Below, in pieces: positions 46,330-58,747 of a stretch of DNA of 64,000 nt (position 1 is the stretch's first letter; every line of letters starts with the position of its first letter). Origin of the DNA: Rhizodiscina lignyota (taxonomy: Eukaryota); assembly GCA_010015805.1 (NCBI GenBank), contig ML978121.1, positions 3,286,001 to 3,350,000 on the forward strand, written 5' to 3'. The translations under genes were made by a program, and so were the position numbers. The notes under the pieces are model-generated. The model searched no databases. It was not told where the DNA came from and saw only the letters and a program-made list of their open reading frames with translations.

Positions 46330-47534
46330 CGATGCTGTTAATTGGGTTAAGAATGCTGATTGTAGCGTTACAGAATGATGATGGATATCAAATTGTCACA
46401 GCTCGCCTGTTTAAATGCGTGTTGCAGTTGGGCGCTGATGTGCCATGGTCGTCTCGAAGATTGTAGGGTGACCAAGGGCCGATCCCGAGCATGAAGCGAT
46501 CCATTGGATCTGATCCTGCATCTGTCCCTGGTGGTGACAGGGGCTGTTGCAATGTATCGATCTGCAGAGTCCTGGTTGGCGAACTTGGGTTGTAGCCGCC
46601 TGGGCCTTCACAACAAGGTACAGTTTCTGAGATGCCTAGCAGCAAGTAGTCCCGATAGTCTGATCCTCTTTGATGCAGGTGGGACTCGCTTTGATGCACC
46701 GAGCAACTGCTTTGCAACCACGACATCGTTGGAAGATCGACGGTGCGCTCTCGAGATCGTGATGTACCCGGAAGCGTTTGACTCTCCTCACTGTTCTTCT
46801 CTTAGCATGATTCCGAATCGCCTACAAAGCAAGACATACAATTGAATTTGCGACTCCTCTCCCGTTACATCTGTTCCCAAAGTTTGTTGGGTAGCACTAA
46901 CATGAAAACTGCGCGGCCGTAGATCGGCCGATGCCGGCCTCGAGAGCATCTGGTGCGAACTGTTACCTGTACGGTAATGACAATGCTCGTGCTGTTGCCG
47001 TGTATCGCAGCCTGACGCCGGCATCTTCGGACTATGCTTCGCGACTATGGTATCTTGAGCCATGATGAATTAAAACTTTGTTGGTTTGGCAGGCGCCGGA
47101 AGCGTTGGACGGCGGATGAGGAACGGATGACTGACGATGAGTACATTGTGAATGTCGGGGACATATACATATACCGCAGACATTCAACAGGAGTCAATGT
47201 CTTCTCTGGCCGAGTGCCATTTTGGGTAAGTCGGGGAAGGTATTTGCCACACGCAGTATTCACGTGTACGGCCCCCTTGTCCAGCACGAGTTCGAAGCGG
47301 CTCCCCTGTGATTGCCCAGAGCCGCGCTTCGAACCACTGGCCGTTGTTAAAAGCAGTTAGCGCCAGTGGAAACACGTATTCCGCCCACAAAGCGTTGATC
47401 TTGCCTGAGACAGGAAAACGGCGAGCTTCAGACGATACGAAATTATCACGAGACAGTGAGACGCTCTGATGGAAGAAAATGGCCAGATTTCAAACAGAAC
47501 AACTTTTGAAAATGCGATATGCTTGTCATGATCG

Positions 47535-48362
47535 TCAATTAATTACTGAGATGCTCTGGAAAGATCTTCCTTCGCTTATAAGTTGCGCAATCGTAGGCTC
47601 CGGCCACGCGCTTCTCGAATATACGTTCTGAGGAATATAGGCAAGAGCCGTAACTTCAATGTACTCTTCCTCATGTGGCACCTGGACTCTAACTTGGTCA
47701 AATTCACGGAATCCCAGTCGCTGGTAAAGTCGTCGGCCCATTGGACTTGCAAAGACAGAAGTAGCCATGCCTCTGTCGGAAGCTATTTTAACGCCGCAGT
47801 TACAGAGCGCACTTCCAGCACCAAGTCTTTGGTATTTGGGATGCGTGGCAAGTATTTGAAGATGAATATGATGTCTCCCGAAAACATCGTCGAACTTCTC
47901 TTTCTTTGCGCTACTCATAGCTTGTCTCCAGGCTTGCATGCGCTGCTGGTTGCCGTCCCGTCTCTTCTGTGTCCCACGAGAGGGAATATTATTTGACGAT
48001 AACGTACAGTCAGCACATGTGGTTCCGATATTTGAGACTTCCCAGACAGCGAAAGCAATTGGCCGAGGTGGATATTCTTCACACTCTCCACACAAGTCCG
48101 CTATCAGGACTTGCCACTGAGCAGGGCTGTTCAGGAATTCCGAATATTTGGCGCGCGTGAATGATCTTGTATCGGCAGGAAAACTAGGCGACAGTGGGTA
48201 TCTGTAGTTCCATTGAGGGTCCATCGGCATTGCGGCCAGCGCAATGTCCAGCATGGGCTCAAGGTCCGCCGTCGTTGCCTTGCGAACAGAGATCTCATGG
48301 CCTGAGGTTCGAGAAGCGGGTAATGAGATGCTGACTGAGTGAGAAATACGTAAAGAGGGCAT
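47535..48362 (-). CDS. GNAT-family N-acetyltransferase
   Basis: AAMPMDPQWNYRYP, HLQILATHPKYQRLGAGSAL (motif A), ASPMGRRLYQRLGF. Confidence 0.9.
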   Translation of the reverse strand: MPSLRISHSVSISLPASRTSGHEISVRKATTADLEPMLDIALAAMPMDPQWNYRYPLSPSFPADTRSFTRAKYSEFLNSPAQWQVLIADLCGECEEYPPRPIAFAVWEVSNIGTTCADCTLSSNNIPSRGTQKRRDGNQQRMQAWRQAMSSAKKEKFDDVFGRHHIHLQILATHPKYQRLGAGSALCNCGVKIASDRGMATSVFASPMGRRLYQRLGFREFDQVRVQVPHEEEYIEVTALAYIPQNVYSRSAWPEPTIAQLISEGRSFQSISVIN

Positions 48363-49016
48363 AACAACTTCTGAATGAGATCATGCAAACAGTGAACGGA
48401 GGCAAATTGCTTAAAGGGCGCAGATCTGTCGCGGTTAATGGAAAGCCGGTCAAGGCATATTTGTAGCGAGCGAAATGTCAAAAGGTCTTACGCACTCTCA
48501 GCTCTCGTATGTATACGAACGCTCAAGTGAAATCTGCCCACACGAAAGTGTTGTGGCAAATCTTGGACAAATTGGGTAGTCGGCGAGAGTGAGAAAAAGG
48601 GCACGCCGCGTCGCCAGCCCCCTTTGTGCCCAGCGCCGAGGCCAACAGAGATCGACGCCGCCGACGTAGCTTGCAGCCAGAAAGGCTCAGCCGCCCGCGA
48701 CAACGCCATCCAACGGCCAGCACCCTCCTGTTCGTCATCAAGTCACTCGCATGCCATTGTCGTTTCAGGAACCGGAGAGAGGATACGCCCCAATGTCTCA
48801 GCTGATGTCCCCAGGAACGCTGCGGATAATGCGCGGTGGCAACATCTGGCTTCTGCAGGGCACATACATGTATCGACATCCGGGGATGTCGATGCGTGAG
48901 ATGCTGCAAGCTTTGCCAGATCTAAAGTCGAGCAGTCGGCAACCAATTCCATCCTTGAAATGAAACAGTTCAAATTGTAAAAGATTTGCGATCACTCCTA
49001 CCCTTCCTTGTTCGAA

Positions 49017-51030
49017 ATGGATCCTAACAATCTTTATTCCAACGTCCCGGAGTCTTTTCCTTTCGGGAATGGGAATTTTGACTTCCAATTTGGTAACGTC
49101 GGTATTCCTCTCCATCTTTTCTCTTCTATTGCCAATAATTCTGTAGGAATATCAGTCTCTCCTAGAGCCGTGGCCGGTCGGAACCACTGGAGGACCTCTC
49201 GACGGTATCGAAGCATCAAGTATTGATGAGGTCCGGATATTTCAACCCAATCTATATTCGGACAGCTTCTCTTTCAGCTTCAATAGTCCCGTTCTCCAAC
49301 ATCTTAATACTTCTGCTCAGCATGCCTTCAACATCACCGGAATCCTCGCACCGGACAAGCCGCAATATGCTCCAAGTGCCCCGCCAACTCCAGTTACATC
49401 CGGCTCAACTCTCGAGCGCTGTGAACCTAATGCAGACTTGCTTGAAACGGTCCTCTTAGAGACAAAGTCCCCTACACCAGCCTTCGAGCAAGCTCCTCCA
49501 AGGAATCTCAGCAAGTACAAAGTGAACAAGTGCAGGAAGGAGAGAAACTCTCAAATATGCTTGAAAAAAGGCTCCCACATGCCGATCAAGGGCGTCAAGG
49601 GTGCAACTGGAGGATTCGTTTTCGGGAATCCAAATCGGACCAGGAGACGTCCGGATGAAGCGGAGCGGCTTGCGATCGCTTCGACTCGGAGACGAGGTGC
49701 CTGTAGACGATGCAAGAAGTTGAAAACCAAATGTGTTTTCCAAGAAGACGCACCATATATGTGCGAGGGGTGCTCAAAACCTTCCATTGTGAAGCTGCCA
49801 TGCTTCTTGGAGCATTTGATTGACGCCCAGCTGTTTCGACCTCGAGCTTCAACTGGCCACCCTCTCGAAACACTCAACAGGAGCGTGTATTCTTTGGAAG
49901 ACTTGGATTCAAGGACAGGTGGCACGTATCTAGTCCAACTCACTCAGGGAGTTGGTGAAATAATCCTTCCAATACATGTAGCAGAATTCGTACCTCGGAG
50001 CGGGGACAAGACTGAGCAAGTGTGGAAAGACCGCGACGGCACGACTAAAAAGATTATGATGCGGCCGTACTGCATTGCGAATCTCGAGCATGCCAAACTC
50101 AGTATGTTGGAATACATCAGTCGGTCTCGGGACAGATATATCAAGCATCTGAAAGGCGGAAACGAGATTACATTTGCTGTCATCGAGGAAGCTCGGAAGT
50201 TTGCGGCGCTTCACGAGGTGTGTGTCCAAGAGCAAATTTGAAGAGAAATTGCTGATAAAGTCCAAGGACTCCACGGTCCGCAAGGCACTTGATCTAGTCG
50301 CCGCGAGCCGGATAATTGAGCGTGACTGGCATATCGACCAAGGCACAGCAATCATTGACGTCGTATCCGACCCGGCAAGTCCATGGTACGAGAAAAGACC
50401 TATTACCCCAATGATGGACTGCCAGCTCGACCAGCTCGTCATCCAAGGCTTCCTTCAACCCTTGCGGGAGGACCTGCTGAAGGAACTCAAAGAGAACATC
50501 GACACTGCTCGGCGAGAGAAATTCTTCGAGATTTTCTTGACCATCTTCATCCTGCTCGCAAACGCTGAGCAGCTTCTCGCACATTCGCGCCGCAACGCTG
50601 TCAGACATGGTGCTCCTGGCCGTTACAATTCTCCAGAACGAGCGATGATGTACTTCCACGCGTGCAAGATGATGATTGCGCATTTCCATTATGCATGTAA
50701 TCATGCTATGGCATCATCCTTCGACTGGCGCTCACCCAATGCTCATGAAATAGCGAAGCTAGGCACCGAGCAGGCCACCTTTATGAACAAGATACAGGTT
50801 AATGCTCGGAACGAAGGTAAATCTCTGTTTTCTCTCAGTCTTATGTCCTGTTCAACATAATCACTGACATGACTGTTCATACAGGAAGACGTCTGCTCGA
50901 TCTCCGTGCTGGACACAACTTTGAGACCCCATCATACTGGACTCATCAGATGTTCTTCGAAAACTGGAGTCCTGGCCTTGAGAAAGAGGAGATGGAGTAC
51001 ATCAAGGTTATGCCACCAACATGTGCATAG
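49017..51030 (+). CDS. Zn(II)2Cys6 transcription factor
   Basis: C-x2-C-x6-C-x9-C-x2-C-x9-C (ACRRCKKLKTKC...CEGC...LPC), PMMDCQLD, C-terminal YWTHQMF..W.P. Introns 49098-49146, about 50218-50266 and about 50817-50884. Confidence 0.88.
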
Positions 51031-51368
51031 GCTTCTTAGTGTGGAGGTTTGAGCTTTAAGCCTGATGTCCTGTTTGAATACGAACCTACCCTTTGCATGT
51101 TTGCAACATACGATTGGATTGAATGTGCAGTCGAACTGTTACGTACGATCCCGGTTCCACGCAGTCAAAACTTGGCGATCGGAACAAACCCAAGGATGAT
51201 GGCATGGAGCGAAGAGGTTTCGCAAGTTGTCATGCGGCTGATAGATGATTTGGTTGGCAGACCCAGATAGTGAAGCAGATAAGTCCTTGCACAATGCCGT
51301 GGCCAATATTTGGTATGCGGCGAATGTTGTAACTTGAGGTAACTAAAATGGGTATCTGAATTATCAAA

Positions 51369-53842
51369 TCATATCAGTGTAATTTCTTCTGCTGGCTGCG
51401 TATGTCCCAACCAGGATTGAGGAAGACAGTCCCTTTCAGCGACGCAAAGCCCCACACCGATCCTCTCGTATGTGCCAGGGACCGTCGCTGAATTCTCAAC
51501 TACGAGAAGATAATATCCTACTCCAGTTTGCCCCGTCTCTCGGCCTGAAGCATCTTCTCTGAATACTGGTATCGAATGCAAGACGAGACAAAGACACTCG
51601 CCGTTGTCTTCCGGCTCCCAGTCTTTGTCGTCGAAGTGAATGTGGCCGGGCAAGTCTACGTGAGGCTTCCCAGACGGTCGAACTGTCATCTCACAAATGT
51701 TGAATGTTGGCAGGTTATCCAGAGGCTCAACGAACTCAGTTGGCGTCCACCAGTGCCTTGTTTTGAGTTCTCGCATACTATTCCAGTATTCGTCGTTGTC
51801 TCTACGCTTGTTGATGCGAGCGGGCCACATGTGTGCAGCAACTCTGATCATTGTCCGTGTGATCGACAGGTCCTGGGTTCTGTCTGCCCACTCAAGGACA
51901 TGTGGTCGAGCGTTGTCGTACTCACTGATGAAGGTTGCAAATTCGACAGGTCCTTTCCAGGCTGCCCAGCTCCATGATGGTGCTACGTGATCAGTTAGCG
52001 ATAATTCAATAGCCGACATCAGCTCACTGTGGCAATACCTCCTGATGCAGGTTGCCTTCTAAGGTCGTCCGATGACGCGTACCAGAACAGATATCGGGCG
52101 ATGTCCTCTATCCATAGGCCGGCACAGTAGGTTAGTCTGGTTCGCGCTTCAAACAACTTGGCGAGACCAAGGATTGCAATCAACTTGTCACTCTCCTCCG
52201 TTAGATCTGCAACATTGTATCGAGATACTACTCGGTTCCAGAAACGGTATTGCGCCTCAACGACAGGTGTACCTATGCCAATGCCCGTCGCATCCTTCAA
52301 CTTATCCCAGGTCAAGTAGGCAATGGCTCGGAGAGACCGAAGTTGACGTGAGGACGCCGTCAGGGAGTTCGCCAATGTTGTCTCTCGATTGAGGCGGTCA
52401 AAGATTGCTCGCTTGGAATGTACTCCCGTGTCTCCGAGGATCTCATGGGAGGATGTCTCAGGGTAGAGACCGTGCTGGCATTCGAAATACAGCTTCTGAT
52501 GAGCGAAATGTATGATGCGACGAGACAAGAGACTCTCCTGTACCACCCATCCACGATGGTACCACTTACTAATCTCTAATTCCTTGTTGAACCCGCTCAA
52601 GCTCATCGGTGGCTCAGGGCAAGCTATTCCAGAGACTCCGATATCCCCGATTCTTCGGCCCTTCTCATTGCACGGAATCCTGAGAAAGTTTTCGCCACAT
52701 GCACCCGCGGGAGCGGCGAAAATATCAGGATCTGGGCGATGGAATAGACCCTCGTCACTGCTTTGGGCAGAAGTTGCAGCGATTGTGCATACTGCATTCT
52801 GAAATATTCGACCCATGTTCTGCGACTCTCTTCTCCAGTCGTCCGGATCGTCTTGAACAATGCAGAGCGCATCTACCCACAAATAGCGCATGCCCAAGTT
52901 CTGGGTTACAAGTATGGCATCCTGGACTGTCTGAGGCAGGCTATTTCCAGGTATTTCTTCGCGGAATTGCCCTAGTGTGTCACGAGTTGTCCTCAGTGCT
53001 TTTTTCGTAGGATCGCTCAGTGCTGATCCCCAACAATAGCTCAAGGTTACGTACGGGCGTCTTTCTCCGCTTGATATGAAGAGAAGCGGCCTCGCGCCAG
53101 GCTCTGTGCCCACGTCAATCACGCGGGTCGGAAGCAAAGCAGGCCGTGAACTGTCGTCGATTTTAGCACCCGAAAGCGCGAGCCGACAGCTCAGGTGGTT
53201 CTCCATGCAGTTCTTTAGCCATGCTCTGCCGCGCTTAAACGCGAGTTGTGAATTTGGTGGTACTATTGGCCGCCCAGGAAGGCGAGACTTGGCTGCGGGA
53301 GGAGAGTCTGCACGTTTGTCATCAGTTTTAGCGGGGAATAGAACGGAGATGCTGTGGGTACCTTTAGTCGCAAAAACTCTAAGAACTCCTGTATATACAG
53401 CAGAACCCGAAGCCTCCGAAGCGTGATAGTTGCCTGCAGCAGTCCGATCAAGGGAAACGATAATGCACGTCAACCGAGCGGGCGGATGAGCTTCGCCAAG
53501 TTTGGTTCTCCTCTCACGTTCGGCAGCAACGCTCGAGTATCTCGGTTGTGCAGCACGGTCTAGGACGCCGTCGAGGACGACGCCCTGGAGGAACACTCTC
53601 CTCCCCTTGACCCACTCTGCCAGCGCCTTATGATTCCCATCGCGGTCTACAGCAACGGCATCCAAGATGGCTTTGCAGAAGCGGCAATCGCGGCATGTCC
53701 TCAAAACTTCGTGAAGAGTCGGACCGTAACAATAGCCTTTCTCTAGCTTATCTAAATCAATGTCCATGCAATAGTTGCAAAGGCCTGATTCAGCTGTTCC
53801 ATGCTCTTTTGCTTGTAAATCCTCTGTAGAAATTGGCGACAT
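51369..53842 (-). CDS. Heterokaryon incompatibility (HET) domain protein
   Basis: WLKNC..NH..C, LPTRVIDV, YVTLSYCWG, LPQTVQDAI, RYLWVDALCIVQDD, RGWVVQE, DKLIAILG, APSWSWA, YERIG. Introns 52038-51983 and probably 53361-53308. Confidence 0.93.
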
Positions 53843-54978
53843 GATTAAGAAAAGCCACCGTCAGCTCCGCTAATCATTCGTCTGACACATTACCATTTGG
53901 CTGGGTTATATCATCACGCCTCTTGTGGCGATGCTCAGGGTCCGACGGTCAAGAAATGGCGCTTGGATCGGTGATCCAATCCAGCTTAAGCATTTCGGTC
54001 GAAGACTTCAAGAACGGTGTTGTAATATGATGGTGATGAAAAGCTTCATCTGCCCGGCGAAGTTATAGCAATGTATTGGCCTCGAAAGCGAAGCGACATC
54101 TCTCGTGTTTCCAGCTCGTACAGAAATAGCAGGCGGAATTTCGGCTATTCTTTGGCAGTTCCCGTATCCTAATTCTCCCACTTCCGAAGTTTTCCCGTAT
54201 GTACATAATACGTATTTCCTTCTCACGCGTTATGAGTGAATTCCGCGGATATTTACATCAATGCTCAAGCAACATGTGCGAATAAGTGTTCGATTCTCTA
54301 GGTTGAGCGAATTGAAGCCCGGACAACACACGGGCATCAGCGGTCATGAACCGCTCCTCCCTGACAAGCTGTACACCATGAGGACGAGCAGCTCCTGCAC
54401 TTCGAGGTGAGCGAGACTATCTCTGAAAGCTCGATTGTGCGTCCTTTAGAGTGTATTAAAGAACAGCGAACCATAAACAAACTCTTACACGCTTTACTAA
54501 TTACAGAGGCTACACACTGCTGCTGTTCAGTGTCTTGAAAGCGGCAGAAAACTTTTTGTCACCATGAAGTGCTTCTTACCCTCACGTATGAGACGACTAT
54601 CTCCCGTCCTTCTACCTGAGAAGCAGGTAAACTTTGATCTCTCATGTTTTGAGTTGTTCTAAATGATCATCGAGTCGTAGCAGACGGAGAAGAATTATAG
54701 CAGTATATAGAGTGCTTGTTACATTGTTTATTTGGAGCCGGGGTTCCGAGTGTAGATTCCTTTCTTGCTGGAGCCTTCGAATTTCTGAATTGCACCTTCC
54801 TTCAAGTTGCGGCTGCTCTCGATCCAGTTTATGACGCCCTCATTTATGTTGTAACAACTTCTCTTCCTTTCCTTCATTCCCGCATAATCCCACATACTTT
54901 TATAGCCTGAAATCCTACACAGTATCTCGCTGCCTTGCTTCTCAATAACCTAATTACTTCAACCTTTATAATAACCTA

Positions 54979-56781
54979 ATGCCTGCAAAGTTTCTTTGGG
55001 CCCTCGCGGCCATCCCCTCAGTCCTTTCCGCTACAATTCAAGGCTTTAACTATGGCTCACAAGGCATGAACCAAGAAACATTCGTACAGCGCTTCCAGCT
55101 TGCTCAAAATCTGGATAACACGGGGAGTCGTTTCAGCGCTGCTAGGCTGTACACCATGATTGAAGACGGAACAGTGAACACACCCATCTCTGCCTTTGCA
55201 GCTGCCATTGCTACCAAGACAAGGCTACTGCTGGGAATATGGTGCTCTGCAGGCCAAGCCGCCGTCACAAACGAGATCGATGCATTTGTTAGTGCACTCC
55301 AACAGTACGGTAGCGACCTCACCGACCTCCTTGATGGCATCTCTGTGGGCAGCGAAGACCTCTACCGCATCTCTCCTACCGGATTAGAGAATCATTCTGA
55401 CCCCGGTGCGGACCCTGACACCTTGGTCGAATACATCAATCAGCTCAAGGCAGCTATTGCAGGCACTAGTGCTGCGGGTGTGCCGATCGGACACGTTGAC
55501 ACATGGACTGCTTGGGTAAACAATAGTAACCAAGCGGTTGTCGTCGCATGCGACTGGATTGGCGTTGACGGGTATCCCTACTGGCAGACGGTGAACGACA
55601 ATGACATATCAAACGCTAAGCAGTTGTTCTTTGACTCGTACGATGCCACTGTCGATGCCGCAAGCGGCAAACCAGTCTGGGTCACGGAGACGGGCTGGGC
55701 TGTTGATGGGCCTACCGAGAACGCGGCCGTCGCTAATATCGCAAACGCGAAGCGATACTGGGACGAAGTTGGGTGCGCGCTGTTTGGAAAAACAAATGTG
55801 TGGTGGTACACCTTGGAAGACGCAGGAGCTGTACCCTCCTTCGGCATCGTTGGCTCCAGTCTCACAAATCCTCCGCTTTTCGACCTGACCTGTCCCAATG
55901 GCACATCAGGCAAATCTGTCCCCTCGTCGAGCGCGCCACCAGTGTCATCTGTGTCGTCTGCAACGACTCCCCCCTTCACAATTACGAACGCCTCTGCGAC
56001 TCCTGCAACGGCACCACTACCTATTCCGTCGAACGGCCTCAACAATATCACAACGGGCAACTCTTCCGGACTGGTGACCAAAGTTCCCGCTACGACGCTC
56101 GTCTACACCTACAGCACAACGACATGTCCTGTGAGCTACTCGACCTACACGACCAATGGAAAGGTCACCTCAACTCCGATTACTCTGGCAACCTACACCA
56201 TTGTCGGGACGCAGTCATACGTCGCTAGCAAAACGACCACACTGAAGACCTCCACGAAACCCTCGTCCGCCTCAATCAGCGACGCTTGTCCGACAACTCT
56301 GACCAAAGACTATGAATTCCCGCACCTCATCGTCCCGGTCGACAGCTCAAATCCGGATACAGCACTCGGCAACTCCTACAACGGCAAGGTATCAGGCACC
56401 ATCTCTTCTATATTCAACTTCGACATCCCGCCTGGAGATTCCGACAAGACCTGCACGCTGTTGTTCCTTCTTCCATCTCAAGATGACTTGACGACGTCAT
56501 CATTTACGCTCTCGGGTAGCGGAGGCATTAGCATCTCACAGGTTGCGCCAGCCACGGAGGGCAGCACTTACAACTCCGTCACCAAGAACGGTGGCGTCGG
56601 AAGCGTGGATACAGTGACTCCGGGTTCAAGCTATGTAGTTTCGAGCGGAAGCTGTTCGGCATTGGCTGGACAGAAGGTGGCATACCTCCTTAGTGCAACA
56701 GGAAGTCTGGCATGCTCGTGGTTTGAGGATTCGGGAAGCGACAGCTCTAGTCCGATCGGGCTGTTTATGAATGTATGCTAG
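54979..56781 (+). CDS. Secreted GH17 beta-1,3-glucanase/glucanosyltransferase (EglC-like) with Ser/Thr linker and C-terminal But2-like domain
   Basis: Signal peptide, GFNYG, ARLYTM, ISVGSEDLYR, GHVDTW, DGYPYW, VWVTETGW. The C-terminus reads YEFPHLIVPVDSSNPD..GNSYNG...SSIFNFDIP...KTC.L.F.LP. Confidence 0.9.
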   Translation: MPAKFLWALAAIPSVLSATIQGFNYGSQGMNQETFVQRFQLAQNLDNTGSRFSAARLYTMIEDGTVNTPISAFAAAIATKTRLLLGIWCSAGQAAVTNEIDAFVSALQQYGSDLTDLLDGISVGSEDLYRISPTGLENHSDPGADPDTLVEYINQLKAAIAGTSAAGVPIGHVDTWTAWVNNSNQAVVVACDWIGVDGYPYWQTVNDNDISNAKQLFFDSYDATVDAASGKPVWVTETGWAVDGPTENAAVANIANAKRYWDEVGCALFGKTNVWWYTLEDAGAVPSFGIVGSSLTNPPLFDLTCPNGTSGKSVPSSSAPPVSSVSSATTPPFTITNASATPATAPLPIPSNGLNNITTGNSSGLVTKVPATTLVYTYSTTTCPVSYSTYTTNGKVTSTPITLATYTIVGTQSYVASKTTTLKTSTKPSSASISDACPTTLTKDYEFPHLIVPVDSSNPDTALGNSYNGKVSGTISSIFNFDIPPGDSDKTCTLLFLLPSQDDLTTSSFTLSGSGGISISQVAPATEGSTYNSVTKNGGVGSVDTVTPGSSYVVSSGSCSALAGQKVAYLLSATGSLACSWFEDSGSDSSSPIGLFMNVC

Positions 56782-57095
56782 AGACAAGGAGAGCAACGGT
56801 TTGACTAGATTGTAGTAGTACGAAAGCAATGGAAGTATCTCATCATTGCCATTCTCTTACACTAATCATTCCTCGGTCTCTTGACGTGTAGAAAATCTCT
56901 GCAATTCACAGTTGAAAGCATCGAAGACAAGTTTAGCAAAAGAACGCAAGCAGATTGTCAACGAAGGAGTCGGTATTTATGTTAGTGTGAATTTGACAGC
57001 GCAACATGTTGCGGAGACTATACCTCACAAGAGTCCGGAGCTCCTTGAAGCGTCTATCAATAATATCCCTGCATTTCATGCATTCGCGCACCCAA

Positions 57096-58397
57096 TCATC
57101 TCGACTTCACCCAGTCGGCGCGCAGTTCTGTCTCCTCACTTTCTCCGTCTACTATTTTGCCACGGTCCCATTCCCTTCCTTCTCCATTCTTTGCCCACTC
57201 GGCGCGCAGTTCTGTCTCCCCAGTTTCCCCATCTACCACTTTCCCACGGTCCCATTCCCTTCCCTCTCCCTTCTTCGCCCACGTGACATCCTCATCCTCC
57301 ATCTCCTTGCCTTTTCCGCCCTTTTCCCATTTCTTCACCTCTGCTTCGGAGAAGCCCGCTGCTCTCAGTCTCTCAGCTCCCTGCGCCTTCCATTGAGCCT
57401 GGTCCCTTAATCTCTCTAAAGCAAGGTCCCAATCATCCTGCTCGTGATCCGAATCCGGCTGAACATCAGCTGAAGGGTCATATGAAGCGGCAAAGCGTGC
57501 ATCCATAGCCGAAGAAGACGTTCCAGCACCACGACCGCGACGGCGCGGCTGTGGGTACGCTCGAGGGGGTAGTGGTCCTACGATGGCCTCGAGTGGGTCG
57601 GAGTCTGAGCCTTGATCGGCTCCTAAGGTGGCGGATGAGCGCTCACCATGAGATTGATTTCTGGCTGATTCAGATTTTTTCTTATCCTCCTTCCTTTCAT
57701 GGGAGGGAGAGCGCCTCCTCCGATGCTCTTTTCGATGTGAGTGTTTCGATGATGGAAGAGGTGATCGTGACCGGCTGGTTGATCTATGCCTTTTGCGTGG
57801 CCTGCGCGGATTCGTCGTGTTTGGGTAATCATCCTCAGAGAAGCTGGGTTCTCTGTGGGTCCTCATGACGGGTCGGATGGGTCGTACGTGCGAGATCTTT
57901 TGTCGGCGTCGCTCATTGTCTTCATCCCCAGAATCATAATCTTCCCTCTTCATGCGCTTCGAGTGTCTATCGTCCCGATGTCTATCATCCCGATGTCTAT
58001 GCTCTGACCGAACCTCCTCTCGCCTTCTGCGATGCCGCCGCTCGCGCCCATCTTCCGAGTCGCTCTCCTCCTGACGCCTCCTCTTTGATGGACGGTCCTC
58101 CTCTCTCTTGTCACGTCTTCGCTCATCCCCTCGTCTGTTTTCACCGCTGTTCTCCTTGCGCAATTCCCTGAGTCTTGCCCGTGAGTCGCTTTGCTCTTTT
58201 TCCTTTAGCGCCGTATTGTGACTGTCGGTATCTTTCAAAATGTTCCGGAGAAACTTCAGGTTCGGTTTTGGTGCGTGAGATGTCGGCCTCTTCGGCAGGA
58301 AAGCAGACAGGCCAACGAATGAGTAGTCTTTCGACTTCGCTTTGGCGTCCTTTTTCAAGAGACTTGCGACGTAATCGTCGGAGAGGTCGTCTGCCAT
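57096..58397 (-). CDS. Conserved Arg/Ser/His-rich nuclear hypothetical protein
   Basis: DDYVASLLK, PKPNLKFLRNILKDTDSHN.AL, SDPLE..VGP.P, MDARF..YDP..D, WAKKGEGREWDRGK. Confidence 0.8.
   Translation of the reverse strand: MADDLSDDYVASLLKKDAKAKSKDYSFVGLSAFLPKRPTSHAPKPNLKFLRNILKDTDSHNTALKEKEQSDSRARLRELRKENSGENRRGDERRRDKREEDRPSKRRRQEESDSEDGRERRHRRRREEVRSEHRHRDDRHRDDRHSKRMKREDYDSGDEDNERRRQKISHVRPIRPVMRTHREPSFSEDDYPNTTNPRRPRKRHRSTSRSRSPLPSSKHSHRKEHRRRRSPSHERKEDKKKSESARNQSHGERSSATLGADQGSDSDPLEAIVGPLPPRAYPQPRRRGRGAGTSSSAMDARFAASYDPSADVQPDSDHEQDDWDLALERLRDQAQWKAQGAERLRAAGFSEAEVKKWEKGGKGKEMEDEDVTWAKKGEGREWDRGKVVDGETGETELRAEWAKNGEGREWDRGKIVDGESEETELRADWVKSR
57111..57278. repeat. Imperfect 84-bp tandem duplication in the coding sequence
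   Basis: 57111-57194 and 57195-57278 are near-identical and each encodes WAKxGEGREWDRGKxVDGExxETELRAx. Confidence 0.9.
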
Positions 58398-58747
58398 TGT
58401 AAAAGACAGCTTCTCGTTGGAAGCAGAGGGAGTTCTGAGATTTAACCCATACTTAAGAAGAAATATTCCAGTATATCCAACACTCCCCAGAGGTGTGTAA
58501 GAGGCGTGGAGGTTGCGAATGAGAATCCGTAACTTCCAATGGAACTCGCTTCCAATCGACGGCAAACTTCATGAATGGCGTTTTGTTTCGCCGCCCCGTT
58601 CCCCGCGATCCGCGCTGGGTGCGCGCTGGTCTTGCGCTTTCCCGCTTCGAGGCAAATCTAAACATCAACGTCAACAATCGAACAACTTCACGTCTATCCA
58701 TGCTTCCACGCTACACGTCGCTATTATAAACATTTACTATCGTAATC

